Both the position numbers and the translations under genes were made by a program. This document shows, in pieces, positions 48,943-60,255 of a stretch of DNA of 64,000 nt. Numbering within the stretch: the stretch's first letter is position 1; the number at the start of each line of letters is the position of its first letter. Source of the stretch: Pseudomonadota bacterium (GTDB taxonomy: Bacteria > Campylobacterota > Campylobacteria > Campylobacterales > Sulfurimonadaceae); the NCBI GenBank assembly GCA_043797085.1, contig JAZDQA010000011.1:128001-192000 (forward strand), written 5' to 3'. Below the pieces are notes generated by a model. The model did not search any database, was not told the DNA's origin, and saw only the letters and a program-made list of their open reading frames with translations.

Positions 48943-49346
48943 TGTCCGCTCTTTCAACAAAAGCTGTTTATGGATTGGCAGCGATGCATGTTCTCTCACA
49001 TGCACCCCACGGCAGATCAATGCAGGTACGTGAAATTTCGGCAATGACTCAAATTTCGCATGGATATTTAGAACAGCTTCTTTCAATTTTACGCAGAGCC
49101 AATCTGGTCATAAGTATTCGCGGTGCGTCCGGTGGATATAAACTAGCCCGTCAGCCGCATGAAATAGAAGTAATAGAGATTGTTGAAGCGCTCGAAGGAC
49201 CATTCTACAAGATAGATGGAAATGTAGGTTCAAGTTTGATTTTGGAATACTATTGGAAAGAAGTTGAGGATAAAATGCGCGCTCTTTTTTCGTCAAAACT
49301 CTCTGATCTTGATCATGCATATCAGCCGCATCACTACGATATTTAA
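48942..49346 (+). CDS. Rrf2 family transcriptional regulator (CymR-like, lacks Fe-S cysteines)
   Basis: YLEQLL..LR...LV.S.RG..GGY.LA, I...LEG; TAATG coupling. Confidence 0.93.
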   Translation: MSALSTKAVYGLAAMHVLSHAPHGRSMQVREISAMTQISHGYLEQLLSILRRANLVISIRGASGGYKLARQPHEIEVIEIVEALEGPFYKIDGNVGSSLILEYYWKEVEDKMRALFSSKLSDLDHAYQPHHYDI

Positions 49347-49355
49347 AAAATAATT

Positions 49356-49595
49356 TTAACGTTTTTTATTTTTTGATTCTATAAGACGACGATTTTGCAT
49401 CATCATGACTTCTAACTCTTTGGCACTTTTCGTCTCAAATAACGGCTGGCTGCTCTTAAAAACTTCCGTATAAAAATCGGCCAATGTTTTCCCTTTTCGT
49501 GTTGCAGGGAGCATTTTGTTTGAAGTATAACGATTAACTTCCGGCGGATCGATAAATTGTGCTAAAAGTGTTTCTCTCATGTTGTTTTTGCTCAT
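49356..49595 (-). CDS. Hypothetical protein
   Basis: 79-aa ORF filling the gap downstream of recO. Confidence 0.6.
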   Translation of the reverse strand: MSKNNMRETLLAQFIDPPEVNRYTSNKMLPATRKGKTLADFYTEVFKSSQPLFETKSAKELEVMMMQNRRLIESKNKKR

Positions 49596-49652
49596 AATGA
49601 TACTTTTTATACATAGTTGTTATTTAACAAGCAAAAAATGTTCCGACTATAG

Positions 49653-50270
49653 CTAAAGCCCTTCATTAATAACATGCCAAAGACGTTCAACTTCAAAATC
49701 ATCTAAAAAAAGTGTCGAATAATGGTCATACAGCCATGATAAACCTTTGGCATTTATGGAAAGGGTATGGGAACACTCTTTGTGTGCGGGTAAAAATGCG
49801 CGTATGAGGGAGATATCGGAGTCGATAGGATTGTCGCAAAAAAAGCAGTTGAGTTCACGATGCAATCGTCCCTCATGTTCAAGCAGCTGAATATAGGCTT
49901 CAATGGCAAGTCGTTTTGGATTTTGATTTTTCCAATTCTGGGCAGCTGATTCTAAGAGTTGAAAATAAAAACTGCCTATTTCATCTGAATGTTGTAAATG
50001 GGGATGAAAAAGGGCAATAAACTGTTGCCAAATACGAATGCGGTTGTATTCACCCATCCATCCAAAACCTAAATGGAGGACATCCCGCATTCGAGGGATA
50101 GAGCTTTTGAGTGATGTTTCGGCTTCAAAATCGATTTTAAAACCTAGATTGATAGGGCTATGGCGTGCTCCATAGAACCTGTAAAGGGTTGTTAAGTTTT
50201 CCTCGGATATGATAGTAACAATTAAATCTTCGTCTTTTACCCGACTAAGTTTGATGATAAATCCCTGCAT
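49653..50270 (-). CDS. recO: Recombination protein RecO (Campylobacterota type)
   Basis: MQG.I......DEDLIV, YRFYGARHS.I..G.KIDF, LLE.EGRLH...C..C. Confidence 0.93.
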   Translation of the reverse strand: MQGFIIKLSRVKDEDLIVTIISEENLTTLYRFYGARHSPINLGFKIDFEAETSLKSSIPRMRDVLHLGFGWMGEYNRIRIWQQFIALFHPHLQHSDEIGSFYFQLLESAAQNWKNQNPKRLAIEAYIQLLEHEGRLHRELNCFFCDNPIDSDISLIRAFLPAHKECSHTLSINAKGLSWLYDHYSTLFLDDFEVERLWHVINEGL

Positions 50271-50453
50271 ATTTTGTTACTTCACCGCACATTTGTTTAT
50301 TTTATTCTCTAAAAGTTCCCTAATTTTAAAACTTTTTAACCTAATTACTGGTAAAATTAAGAAATTTCCATCCTCTTTAAACTACAAATGTTTAAAAAGA
50401 GATTAAATAGAAATAATTTCCGGAATTTTCCGATGACATAAGGTGATTTATCA

Positions 50454-53400
50454 GTGGAATACCAAGATTTATTACGATCGTTTAAAGATAACTGCGGATT
50501 TGGTTTGATCGCCAATATTAAAAACCGTCCTTCTCATGAGACGCTTGAAAACGCGATTACTGCCTTAGAGCGAATGATGCACCGTGGTGCTGTTGCAGCC
50601 GATGGCAAGACAGGAGACGGCAGTGGATTGCTTCTTTCCATTCCTCAAGAGTTCATGCGTTCGACTGCGTTGACAAGCGGTATAGAGTTGCCTGAAATGT
50701 ATGCTATTGCCGTAGTCTTTACGCGCGATGCTGCTCAATTGGATTTATTGGAACGTACGTGTGCGAATAATGATCTAAAAGTAGTATTAAAGCGTATCGT
50801 TCCTCTTGATACCAATGCTTTAGGTGAACAGGCGTTAGAGTCTCTTCCTGAAATTTATCATATTTTTATTACTCCTAACTCATTGATGGCATCACAACGT
50901 TTTGATGCATTGTTGTATTTGAGCCGTAAAGAGACCGAGCATGCACTCGTTGACGATCAGGATTTTTATATCCCTTCTATGAGTTCACGTGTCATTTCGT
51001 ATAAGGGCTTGATTATGCCTACGCATATCAAAGAATTTTATACGGATTTTCAAAACGAGAATTTTAAAATCTCTTTCTCGCTCTTTCACCAACGCTTTTC
51101 GACCAATACTCTTCCTAAATGGCGTTTGGCTCAACCGTTTCGCTCCGTTGCACACAATGGTGAGATCAATTCCGTTGAAGCAAACCGTTTTAATGTAGCG
51201 GTCAAATCAGAATCGATTAAAAGTGAAGTATTTACCGACGAAGAGATTGCACGACTTCTCCCTATCTTGCAGCCACATGGCTCGGACAGTGCCAGTGCCG
51301 ATAATTTCTTTGAGTTTTTGATTGCCAACGGAATGGATTTCTTTAAAGCAGCGCGTGCGATTATCCCTGCACCATGGCAAAATGCTCCACACATGGATCC
51401 ACAATTACGTGCATTTTATGAGTACCATTCGACGGTTTTTGAAGCATGGGACGGACCTGCCGCATTTTCATTGACCGATGGCCGTTACATCGGATGTGTT
51501 CTTGACCGTAATGGATTACGCCCTTCAAAGTATATTATTACCCATGATGACACATTGCTTATCGCAAGTGAGTACGGCGTAATTGATATTGCAGAAGAGA
51601 ATATCAAAGAACGTGGACGTCTTCAATCCGGACAAATGATCGGTTTAGATTTGAAGTTTGGAAAAGTGCTTAAAGACGAAGATATTAATCAATATCTAAA
51701 AACCTCTAATCCGTATATGAACTGGCTGAACGAGCACATGACCTACTTGCAAGAGCACGTAGAGCATCAGTACGAAACCAAATGCGACTGTTCGGCTGAA
51801 GATTTAGTTGCTCGTCAGCGTTATTTTAACATTACCCAAGAAATCGTTGAACAAGTGATTGAACCGATGATGCGTGACGGTAAAGAAGCCGTTGGATCAA
51901 TGGGTGATGATACCCCTCTGGCTGCATTTAGTACCGTTCAACGTAATTTCAGTGATTTTTTCAAACAGCGTTTTGCACAAGTAACGAATCCTCCTATTGA
52001 TCCTATCCGTGAAAAAGTGGTGATGAGTCTCAATACAGGTTTTGGCGAAATACATAATATTTTAGATGAAATTCCAACTCACGCTAATCGTTTGAAAGCA
52101 ATTTCACCGATCATGCTCAAAGAGAAACTTGAAGTACTAAAATCGTTTGGGGATAAAAAATCTCCACGTTATCACCCTTCGTATACCAATGCAGTGTTTT
52201 CCACCTCCTATAAAGGCAGCTTGAGAGAAGCATTGAATGCTCTTGTTTCTCAAGTAATTTTAGCCGTCAAAGAAGAGGGTGTTCGTATTATTGTTCTTGA
52301 TGACAGCGGATTTGATCGTGAGCATAAAACCATCCCAATGTTGTTGGCAGTCGGTCGTATCAGCAGTGCATTATTAGAGGCAAAAATACGTCATTTAGGT
52401 TCAATCGTTGCATCTACAAGTGAAGTGGTTGACTCTCATGGTGCTGCAACACTGATTGCATACGGAGCGAGTGCAATCTATCCAAGTCTTTTATTTACAA
52501 CGATTGCTGCGCGGGTCAAGCAAGCCAATGAAAATGAAGAGAATTGTGCGGAAGCATTTAAAGCAGCTCATCACGCACTTAACGGCGGATTGCTTAAGAT
52601 TATGTCAAAGATGGGGATTGCAACGATAGCGTCGTATCGTAATTCAGGTCTTTTTGATGTTATTGGTTTGAGTCGTGAGATGGTAGATGAGTGTTTTGGA
52701 GATTCGCATGTACTGATCCCGGGATTGAGCTATGAAGATATCGATGAGAGTTTAAATAAAAATCATAAAGAGGCATTTGAACAAAACGGGTTTAACCGTA
52801 TTTTCCCTCTAAAAATTGGCGGATTTTACAAATTTTATAACGGTCAAGAGCATCATGATTTTAATCCGGATGTTATTCACGCTATCCATCGTGTTTCCAA
52901 AAGCGGTAAACGTGAAGATTTTGATCAGCTCAGTGCGTTGATTAACAAGCGCGGTCAAAAATTTATCCGTGACTTCTTCGAGTTCCAATCGGATCGACCA
53001 AGTATTGATATTTCAGAAGTTGAGCCAAAAGAGAAAATTTTCAAACGTTTTGCTTCGGCTGCAATGAGTTTGGGCTCAATCTCTCCTGAAGCACATGAAT
53101 GCGTTGCAGTTGCAATGAACACCCTTGGAGCTCAAAGCAATTCAGGTGAAGGCGGAGAAGATTCAGCTCGTTTTGACACACTTAAAAATTCAAAAATCAA
53201 ACAAGTGGCCTCAGGACGTTTTGGGGTTACACCTGCTTATCTTCGCAGTGCTGAAGAGATTCAGATCAAAGTGGCTCAAGGAGCAAAACCGGGTGAGGGA
53301 GGACAGCTTCCAGGGCATAAAGTTTCCCCTTTAATCGCGCGTTTACGCCATACGACACCAGGGGTGACATTGATTTCACCTCCTCCTCATCATGATATTT

Positions 53401-54890
53401 ATTCGATCGAGGATTTGGCACAGCTTATCTTTGATATGAAGCAGGTCAATCCGGCAGCAAAAGTAGCGGTTAAACTTGTTTCTGCTGCTGGTGTAGGGAC
53501 GATTGCAGCGGGTGTGGCTAAAGCGTATGCGGATAAAATCATTATTTCAGGCGGCGATGGCGGTACAGGGGCAGCTCCTCTTACCTCGATTAAATTTGCA
53601 GGAAATCCATGGGAACTCGGACTTTCAGAAGCGCATAATGCACTCAAAGTTAATAACCTTCGTGGATTGGTTCATGTTCAAACCGACGGCGGACTCAAAA
53701 GTGGTCAAGATGTCGTGAAAGCTGCATTGTTGGGAGCTGAGAGTTATGCTTTCGGTACGGGTGTATTGACAATTATCGGTTGTAAAATGCTTCGTATTTG
53801 TCACGTCAACAAATGTTCCGTCGGAATTGCAACACAAAATGAGAGTTTGCGTGCCGATTATTTCAAAGGTACGGTTGAGCAACTCATCAACTACTTTACC
53901 TATATGGCAGAAGATGTGCGTCAAATAATGGCAAAATTGGGTTATAAAACGATGGAAGAACTCGTCGGTCGCAGTGATTTGCTCCGTATTATTGATACAG
54001 ATTTCGCCCGTAAGTTCGATTTTAGCAATATTTTACACCGTGAAGAGGGTGTCAATACCTGTCAAGAAGTATCGAACAAACCATTTGATGACAATGCTTT
54101 TGAAATTGATGTTTTGGCAGAAGCGATGGACGCGATCAAAAATCCAGAGCGGCCTGTTCGAATTACACGTGATATTTGTAACTTAAATCGTAGTTTTGGT
54201 GCACGTGTGAGCGGTGAAATTGCTCAATATTATGGTGATAAAGGTCTCAAAGCTGATACCATCAAAATTGATCTAAAAGGTATCGCAGGTCAAGCATTGG
54301 GTGCATTCTTGATTCATGGTGTTACGATACGTCTTGAGGGTGTCGCCAATGATTACATCGGTAAAGGGATGCATGGCGGTAAAATCGTTATTAAATCTCG
54401 TAATCAGGGTGAAGCATTTGCAGCAGGCGGTAATACGTGTCTTTATGGGGCAACGGGCGGTAAGCTCTTTATTGCAGGTTCAGTCGGAGAGCGTTTTGCG
54501 GTTCGTAACTCAGGTGCATTGGCGATCGTCGAGGGTACAGGCGACAACGCATGTGAGTATATGACAGGCGGAATCGTGGTTATCTTGGGTCAAACAGGTA
54601 TCAACTTCGGTGCAGGTATGACGGGCGGTATTGCATTTGTGTACGATGAGAATCACAGTTTTGTTGAGAACGTTAATCGCGAACTCGTGGATGCATTGCG
54701 CATTGATACTGATGATGGAGATGAAGCGCGTCATTATCTCAAACGTCTTTTAAAAGATTATGCAGCAGAAACGCAAAGTGAAAAAGCACAGGCTCTTCTC
54801 AATAATTTCCGTAATGAGATTCGAAATTTCTGGCTTGTACGACCTAAAAACTTAACCAAATTGCCACTTAATCCTGATAAAGGGGACTAA
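50454..54890 (+). CDS. gltB: Glutamate synthase large subunit
   Basis: N-terminal CGFG, HRGA..ADG.TGDG, HNGEIN, KQVASGRFGV, QGAKPGEGGQLPG.K, GXGXG C-terminal domain. Confidence 0.99.
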   Translation: MEYQDLLRSFKDNCGFGLIANIKNRPSHETLENAITALERMMHRGAVAADGKTGDGSGLLLSIPQEFMRSTALTSGIELPEMYAIAVVFTRDAAQLDLLERTCANNDLKVVLKRIVPLDTNALGEQALESLPEIYHIFITPNSLMASQRFDALLYLSRKETEHALVDDQDFYIPSMSSRVISYKGLIMPTHIKEFYTDFQNENFKISFSLFHQRFSTNTLPKWRLAQPFRSVAHNGEINSVEANRFNVAVKSESIKSEVFTDEEIARLLPILQPHGSDSASADNFFEFLIANGMDFFKAARAIIPAPWQNAPHMDPQLRAFYEYHSTVFEAWDGPAAFSLTDGRYIGCVLDRNGLRPSKYIITHDDTLLIASEYGVIDIAEENIKERGRLQSGQMIGLDLKFGKVLKDEDINQYLKTSNPYMNWLNEHMTYLQEHVEHQYETKCDCSAEDLVARQRYFNITQEIVEQVIEPMMRDGKEAVGSMGDDTPLAAFSTVQRNFSDFFKQRFAQVTNPPIDPIREKVVMSLNTGFGEIHNILDEIPTHANRLKAISPIMLKEKLEVLKSFGDKKSPRYHPSYTNAVFSTSYKGSLREALNALVSQVILAVKEEGVRIIVLDDSGFDREHKTIPMLLAVGRISSALLEAKIRHLGSIVASTSEVVDSHGAATLIAYGASAIYPSLLFTTIAARVKQANENEENCAEAFKAAHHALNGGLLKIMSKMGIATIASYRNSGLFDVIGLSREMVDECFGDSHVLIPGLSYEDIDESLNKNHKEAFEQNGFNRIFPLKIGGFYKFYNGQEHHDFNPDVIHAIHRVSKSGKREDFDQLSALINKRGQKFIRDFFEFQSDRPSIDISEVEPKEKIFKRFASAAMSLGSISPEAHECVAVAMNTLGAQSNSGEGGEDSARFDTLKNSKIKQVASGRFGVTPAYLRSAEEIQIKVAQGAKPGEGGQLPGHKVSPLIARLRHTTPGVTLISPPPHHDIYSIEDLAQLIFDMKQVNPAAKVAVKLVSAAGVGTIAAGVAKAYADKIIISGGDGGTGAAPLTSIKFAGNPWELGLSEAHNALKVNNLRGLVHVQTDGGLKSGQDVVKAALLGAESYAFGTGVLTIIGCKMLRICHVNKCSVGIATQNESLRADYFKGTVEQLINYFTYMAEDVRQIMAKLGYKTMEELVGRSDLLRIIDTDFARKFDFSNILHREEGVNTCQEVSNKPFDDNAFEIDVLAEAMDAIKNPERPVRITRDICNLNRSFGARVSGEIAQYYGDKGLKADTIKIDLKGIAGQALGAFLIHGVTIRLEGVANDYIGKGMHGGKIVIKSRNQGEAFAAGGNTCLYGATGGKLFIAGSVGERFAVRNSGALAIVEGTGDNACEYMTGGIVVILGQTGINFGAGMTGGIAFVYDENHSFVENVNRELVDALRIDTDDGDEARHYLKRLLKDYAAETQSEKAQALLNNFRNEIRNFWLVRPKNLTKLPLNPDKGD

Positions 54891-54895
54891 CTATT

Positions 54896-56278
54896 ATGAG
54901 AGAATTTTTAACCATTGAACGAATTGACCCTATTAAACGCGGAGTTGTACAACGACTCAAAGATTTTAGTGAAATTTATGAGCCGGTAGAACAGCATGAA
55001 GCAGCATCACAAAGTGATCGTTGTATCCAATGCGGTGATCCGTTTTGTCTCAACAAATGCCCATTGCATAACTATATCCCTCAGTGGCTCAAAGCAGTTG
55101 CTGAAAAAGATTTAAAATTTGCGTTTAACCTCTCCAATGAGCCTTCACCCTTTCCCGAAGTTATGGGGCGTATTTGTCCTCATGATCGCCTTTGTGAGGG
55201 TGATTGTACCCTTAATGACGGGCATGGAGCGATTACGATCGGTTCGGTTGAGACCTTTATCAACGAAGAAGGGTTCAAGCATGGTCTTAAACCGTTCTTT
55301 CCGGGAATTACTACGGATAAAAAAGTAGCTATCATAGGTTCTGGTCCTGCGGGTCTTTCCGCCGCAACGTATTTATTGCGTTCGGGTATTTCGGTTACCA
55401 TGTACGAGCGCAGTGATCGCGCTGGCGGATTGTTGACGTACGGTATTCCGGGGTTTAAGCTCGATAAAAAAATCGTTGATCGTCGTGTCGGATTTCTCGT
55501 AGAAGCGGGTTTGAAAATTGTGTTTGATTGTGAAGTGGGTAAAGACGCAGAATTTGATCTTATTGCGGATCAATACGATGCGGTCTTTATCGGTATCGGT
55601 GCAACCAAATCAAAAGGCGCAAAAATCGCAGGTGAAAATGCATCCAATGTTTATCCAGCAATGCAGTATCTAACCGCCATTCAGCGTAAAAACTTTGCCG
55701 TTACATACGATAAGAAGTTTGATTTCAAAGATTTGGAAGTGGTTGTTATTGGAGGAGGGGACACGGCAATGGACTGTGTTCGTACCGCTAAACGCGAAGG
55801 GGCTAAAAACGTAACGTGTTTATACCGCCGTGATGCGCACAATATGCCGGGATCCCAAAAAGAATATAAAAATGCCGTTGAAGAAGGGGTAGACTTTGTG
55901 TTTCATGCCTCTCCGAAAGAGGTTATTTTGGGAGATAACGGCAAAGCAATCGCGGTTCGAATGATAAAAACTGTTTTAGGGGCAAAAGACGAGAGCGGTC
56001 GCCAAAAAATGGAAGAGATCAAAGGCGGAGATTTTAATATCAATGCAGATGTCGTTATTATGGCGCTTGGATTTGATCCGGCGGTTCCAAGCTTTTTAGC
56101 TGAAAACGGTATTGCTGTTAATAGCTGGGGCGGGATTGTGATTGACTCCGAGTATCAAACGACAACGGCAGGTATTTACGCTGGCGGTGACTGTTACCGT
56201 GGTGCGGATTTAGTTGTCACAGCAGCATACGACGGACGTGAAGCGGCACGCGCAATTGCAAAGTCTCTGTTGAATTAA
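54896..56278 (+). CDS. gltD: Glutamate synthase small subunit
   Basis: RC.QCG.P.C...CP.HN.IP, GSGPAGL, GGGDTAMDC, RGADLVV.A...GR. Confidence 0.98.
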   Translation: MREFLTIERIDPIKRGVVQRLKDFSEIYEPVEQHEAASQSDRCIQCGDPFCLNKCPLHNYIPQWLKAVAEKDLKFAFNLSNEPSPFPEVMGRICPHDRLCEGDCTLNDGHGAITIGSVETFINEEGFKHGLKPFFPGITTDKKVAIIGSGPAGLSAATYLLRSGISVTMYERSDRAGGLLTYGIPGFKLDKKIVDRRVGFLVEAGLKIVFDCEVGKDAEFDLIADQYDAVFIGIGATKSKGAKIAGENASNVYPAMQYLTAIQRKNFAVTYDKKFDFKDLEVVVIGGGDTAMDCVRTAKREGAKNVTCLYRRDAHNMPGSQKEYKNAVEEGVDFVFHASPKEVILGDNGKAIAVRMIKTVLGAKDESGRQKMEEIKGGDFNINADVVIMALGFDPAVPSFLAENGIAVNSWGGIVIDSEYQTTTAGIYAGGDCYRGADLVVTAAYDGREAARAIAKSLLN

Positions 56279-57006
56279 TGAGTACTTTTATCGATGCAGT
56301 GATTCTTTCACTCCTCGAAGTACGTGAGCATGTAGGATCAAAGGATAAAACTCTTTTTGAATCGTATTCTCTTGGTGAGGGCGGTGATATAAGCAGTGGT
56401 TTTGATCTTGCGGCTGAGTCCATTCTTTTTAAACATCTTAAGCCTTTTGGATCTTTTTATTCCGAAGAGAGCGGCTGGATGTCCCCGCAAAGTGATGTGA
56501 ATATTATCACGGACCCTATAGACGGTAGTGATAATTTCTCCTCTTTATTTCCCTATTATGGTGTTTCTATTGCTCGAGAAGAAGAGGGTGAAACAACGGA
56601 TGGAATCGTATGCAATCTTGTAAACGGGGACGTTTTTGTTCGCACACGCAGTGAATATTATCGATGCACTTTAGAAGCGCCAACTATTAGATCACCTATC
56701 CTTCCATCGCAAAATCCCAAAATCGGTCTTTTTGAAAAATCGTATGAACATCCTGATCTCATTAAGATTTTGATAGGTGAAAAATTTAAATTTCGTTCTC
56801 CTGGAGCATTAGCTCTCTCGCTTGCTTATGCGCCCTTAGTGAAATATGTGCTATTTTTAGGTACAATGAGGAAGTTTGATATCCAAGCCGGCTTGTATTT
56901 AAGCCAACACCTTTATGGCTTTAGTGATGAGAGATACATCCTTTTAAGTTCTGATAAAGAAGTGTTTGAGCGGATACGTTTGATTGTAGAAAAGGAGTAT
57001 TTTTGA
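56278..57006 (+). CDS. Inositol monophosphatase/FBPase family protein
   Basis: D..AE, SEE, DPIDGS.N, RSPGA.ALSLA. Confidence 0.88.
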   Translation: MSTFIDAVILSLLEVREHVGSKDKTLFESYSLGEGGDISSGFDLAAESILFKHLKPFGSFYSEESGWMSPQSDVNIITDPIDGSDNFSSLFPYYGVSIAREEEGETTDGIVCNLVNGDVFVRTRSEYYRCTLEAPTIRSPILPSQNPKIGLFEKSYEHPDLIKILIGEKFKFRSPGALALSLAYAPLVKYVLFLGTMRKFDIQAGLYLSQHLYGFSDERYILLSSDKEVFERIRLIVEKEYF

Positions 57007-57845
57007 GTCTATTTAATCTATTTGGAGATTCTGAAAAAAAGAAACAGCCCACGAAAAGTGAAGCACCATCGCACTGGGTAAAGTGTTCTGCCTGTCAGTC
57101 TCTTATGTATTACAAAGAGATGGAAAAACAAAACCATGTTTGCCCTAAATGCGGATTTCACCTTCGTATCGGTGTGAATGAGCGCCTTGCATTAATTGCA
57201 GATGAGGGTAGTTTCGTCGAATACGATGCCTCATTGAAGCCCGTTGACCCACTTCAATTTGTGGATAAAAAAAGTTATGCTGCCCGTATTGAAGAAGGTT
57301 TTGCAAAAAACGGACGCTACTCATCGGTTGTGAGTGGTGAATGTACCATTGAAGCAACTCCTGTACAGCTTGTGATTTTTGATTTTAATTTTATGGGCGG
57401 ATCATTGGGGTCGGTTGAAGGCGAGAAAATTGTTCGTGCCGTCAATCGTTCTCTGGAAAAACGTCAGGGTCTGATTATTGTCAGTGCCAGTGGCGGTGCA
57501 CGTATGCAAGAGAGTACATTTTCGCTCATGCAGATGTCCAAAACCTCCGCAGCGCTCGCACGTTTAGCGGATGCAAAGCTCCCTTATATATCACTTCTAA
57601 CCGATCCGACGATGGGAGGAGTCAGTGCTTCTTTTGCGACATTGGGTGATATTATTATTGCCGAGCCGGGTGCCTTGATCGGTTTCGCAGGGCAACGCGT
57701 TATCAAACAGACCATTGGTTCAGATCTTCCCGAAGGGTTTCAGCGTGCTGAGTTCTTGCTCGAAAAAGGTTCTATTGATATGGTAGTAGCGCGTAGCGAA
57801 CTTAAAGAGACGCTGGCAGATCTTCTGAAGCTTTTGCTCCCCTAA
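57003..57845 (+). CDS. accD: Acetyl-CoA carboxylase carboxyltransferase beta subunit
   Basis: W.KC..C...VCPKC zinc ribbon, FMGGSLGSV.GEKI, SGGARMQE, PT.GGVSASFA. Confidence 0.98.
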   Translation: MSLFNLFGDSEKKKQPTKSEAPSHWVKCSACQSLMYYKEMEKQNHVCPKCGFHLRIGVNERLALIADEGSFVEYDASLKPVDPLQFVDKKSYAARIEEGFAKNGRYSSVVSGECTIEATPVQLVIFDFNFMGGSLGSVEGEKIVRAVNRSLEKRQGLIIVSASGGARMQESTFSLMQMSKTSAALARLADAKLPYISLLTDPTMGGVSASFATLGDIIIAEPGALIGFAGQRVIKQTIGSDLPEGFQRAEFLLEKGSIDMVVARSELKETLADLLKLLLP

Positions 57846-58402
57846 TGCGCCTTTATGCGTTGTGTGATCGTGATGCGCTTCGCTCACGAAATATTGGGCT
57901 GGATGAATTTATTCAAAAAGCCAAAGAACATAATGCCGAAATACTTCAGTATCGTAATAAAAATGATGATATCGCCGCGATTAAAAAAGATTTGATTTTT
58001 TTACGTCGGAACTATGATGGATTTTTGATTATTAACGATTATTACGAATTAATTGCTTTTTGCGATGGGGTTCACATCGGTCAAGACGATTTATTATCTA
58101 TTGATAGTGATCCTAATCGGGCGATTAGCATACTGAAAACTGCCATTGGCAATGATAAAATCATCGGACTCTCAACCCACAATAAAGCCGAAATTGAGAT
58201 TGCCAATACCTTAAATATCAATTACATCGGATTGGGTGCGTATCGCTCTACGCAGACAAAAAGCGAAGCAAAAGTTTTAGGTGAAAGCCTTGATGAACTG
58301 GCTTCGCATTCGAAACATCCTGTCGGGGCTATTGGTGGTGTAAAAATGGATGACACCTTTAAATACGTTACCTATCATGTGATTGGAAGTGGTTTAGTAT
58401 GA
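57845..58402 (+). CDS. thiE: Thiamine phosphate synthase
   Basis: QYR.K, IIND, DGVH.GQDD, IG.STHN, T.TK, AIGG. Confidence 0.85.
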   Translation: MRLYALCDRDALRSRNIGLDEFIQKAKEHNAEILQYRNKNDDIAAIKKDLIFLRRNYDGFLIINDYYELIAFCDGVHIGQDDLLSIDSDPNRAISILKTAIGNDKIIGLSTHNKAEIEIANTLNINYIGLGAYRSTQTKSEAKVLGESLDELASHSKHPVGAIGGVKMDDTFKYVTYHVIGSGLV

Positions 58403-58857
58403 ATATATCTATTATCTCTATCGCTAAAAAAGAGCGTTCTTTATACGACCCTCTTTATCAAGAACAGATGAAAATGATTTCTCGTTTCGCCAAGTTGGAG
58501 GACATTGAACTGTTTCCAAAAGAGATTGTAAAAGCTCATACCATTAGCCCCGAAGCCTCTAAAAGTGCCTATACAAAGGTTTTGGAACCCATGATAGGAA
58601 AAACTTATTCGATAGCGTTACATCCCGATGGAAAAAAGATCGATTCTTTGGCATTTAGTAAGCTTATAAGTGATAAAATCGCGATACAATTTTTCATAGG
58701 AGGGGCGTACGGCTTCGAAGAGTCGTTTGTTACGAAATGCGATAGCATTATTAGTCTCTCAGAAATGACGATGAGTCATAAAATTGCCAAAGCAGTTTTA
58801 CTGGAGCAGATATACCGTGCTTTTAGTCTGTTGAGTAACCACCCCTATCATAAATAA
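58399..58857 (+). CDS. rlmH: 23S rRNA (pseudouridine1915-N3)-methyltransferase
   Basis: F.IGGAYG, SLS.MT..H..A...L.EQIYRA......HPYHK. Confidence 0.96.
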   Translation: MNISIISIAKKERSLYDPLYQEQMKMISRFAKLEDIELFPKEIVKAHTISPEASKSAYTKVLEPMIGKTYSIALHPDGKKIDSLAFSKLISDKIAIQFFIGGAYGFEESFVTKCDSIISLSEMTMSHKIAKAVLLEQIYRAFSLLSNHPYHK

Positions 58858-58865
58858 GGAACCGT

Positions 58866-59219
58866 ATGAGAGACAATGAACTGCATTATTTTGAGGAAAT
58901 TTTACTTGCGCGCAAAGTGCAAATTATCAAAAATTTAAATGGGGTTGAAGCAGAGATGATTCAACTGCGTGAGTGTGAACTCAATGATGAAGGTGATTAC
59001 GCATCGATCAGTAATGATAATATGGTTGAGAGCGCAATCGGCGCACAGCAGTCGCAAGAGCTGAGTGAAATAGAGGCTGCGCTGAGTAAAATAAAATCCA
59101 AACAATACGGGATTTGTGATATGTGTGAAGATGAGATTGGTTTTCAGCGTTTAAAAGTGAAGCCTCATGCTAAATATTGTATCGTATGCCGTCCAATCGT
59201 TGAAAAAAACAGAGCTTAA
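58866..59219 (+). CDS. dksA: RNA polymerase-binding protein DksA
   Basis: DEGDYA coiled-coil tip, YGIC..C...I...RL...P.A..CI.C. Confidence 0.95.
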   Translation: MRDNELHYFEEILLARKVQIIKNLNGVEAEMIQLRECELNDEGDYASISNDNMVESAIGAQQSQELSEIEAALSKIKSKQYGICDMCEDEIGFQRLKVKPHAKYCIVCRPIVEKNRA

Positions 59220-59231
59220 GAGGAGACTAAA

Positions 59232-60248
59232 ATGCAGTTGAAACGTTATACTATTGCTTCATTTATTTTTATATTTTTAGTTGCTATTGCTACTTACAGC
59301 ATTGATAATGACGCAATATCGTTTGATTTGTTGGGGATACATTTTCCTAATCTGCCAATTGCATTTTGGGTTGCTGTTCCTGTCGCGCTTATGTATTTTG
59401 TAAGTGTTTTGCACATGGCGTTTCATGCGTTGTTGGGAAATTTAAAACTTCGTAAATTGGATCGTGACAACGAAAAGATGATTGATGCGCTTCGTGATGG
59501 TTTACTGGGTGTAAGTGAGCGTAGCTATGTTTTCAAAAGTGATGCGTATAAGCTTATGGGCAAATTATTGGATAATTCAGTAATCCTTCCATACGAAACA
59601 CTTAGAGAAGTCGGCAACGAAAAAATTGATGAGGCTTTACGTTTGTTACGTGACGTCAAAGATAAGAAAAAGGTTGATATTAAAAAATTTCATTTAGGAA
59701 ATTCAACTTCAATTGCCATTGAAAACAATCTGAATCGTTTAGAGCGTGGAGAATTGGGTGCGGATGAAGTATTGTCTCGTGCTGATACGTATGGTGTTAT
59801 TGTTGCATCTAAAGCGTATGAATCGTATGTGAAAACCGCTTCGCTCGGATCTGTTTTAAAGTACAAACAATTTTTCAATCAATCCTCACTGATTGATTTT
59901 GTCCAACGCATCAATAATGCCCAAAATGGTATTGAAATGAGCAATGACGAGTTGACTTCGTTATTTAAATCATTAAAACTAACTTCAGAGGATTATATTA
60001 ATCTTTCTATTGCTATGGCAAAAAATATGGTTCCGGAACAACGTATTCGTTTGTTTGAAACACTTAGTGAAACAAATGATGATGCGATGGAAGGGTATTT
60101 TTATACCTTGTATGACTTACAAATGGTAGATACAGCGAATGAAATCCTTAACAATACATCAAAAGATGATTATTTGATTTTTAAAGCCTATCGTGATTTG
60201 AAACGTGCAAACAAGCATTATGATATTGCCCTATTTTTACGAAAATAA
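59232..60248 (+). CDS. Conserved membrane protein (LapA-like N-terminus)
   Basis: Two N-terminal TMs with LP.A.W...P; helical C-terminus; between dksA and dusB. Confidence 0.8.
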   Translation: MQLKRYTIASFIFIFLVAIATYSIDNDAISFDLLGIHFPNLPIAFWVAVPVALMYFVSVLHMAFHALLGNLKLRKLDRDNEKMIDALRDGLLGVSERSYVFKSDAYKLMGKLLDNSVILPYETLREVGNEKIDEALRLLRDVKDKKKVDIKKFHLGNSTSIAIENNLNRLERGELGADEVLSRADTYGVIVASKAYESYVKTASLGSVLKYKQFFNQSSLIDFVQRINNAQNGIEMSNDELTSLFKSLKLTSEDYINLSIAMAKNMVPEQRIRLFETLSETNDDAMEGYFYTLYDLQMVDTANEILNNTSKDDYLIFKAYRDLKRANKHYDIALFLRK

Positions 60249-60255
60249 GATTTAG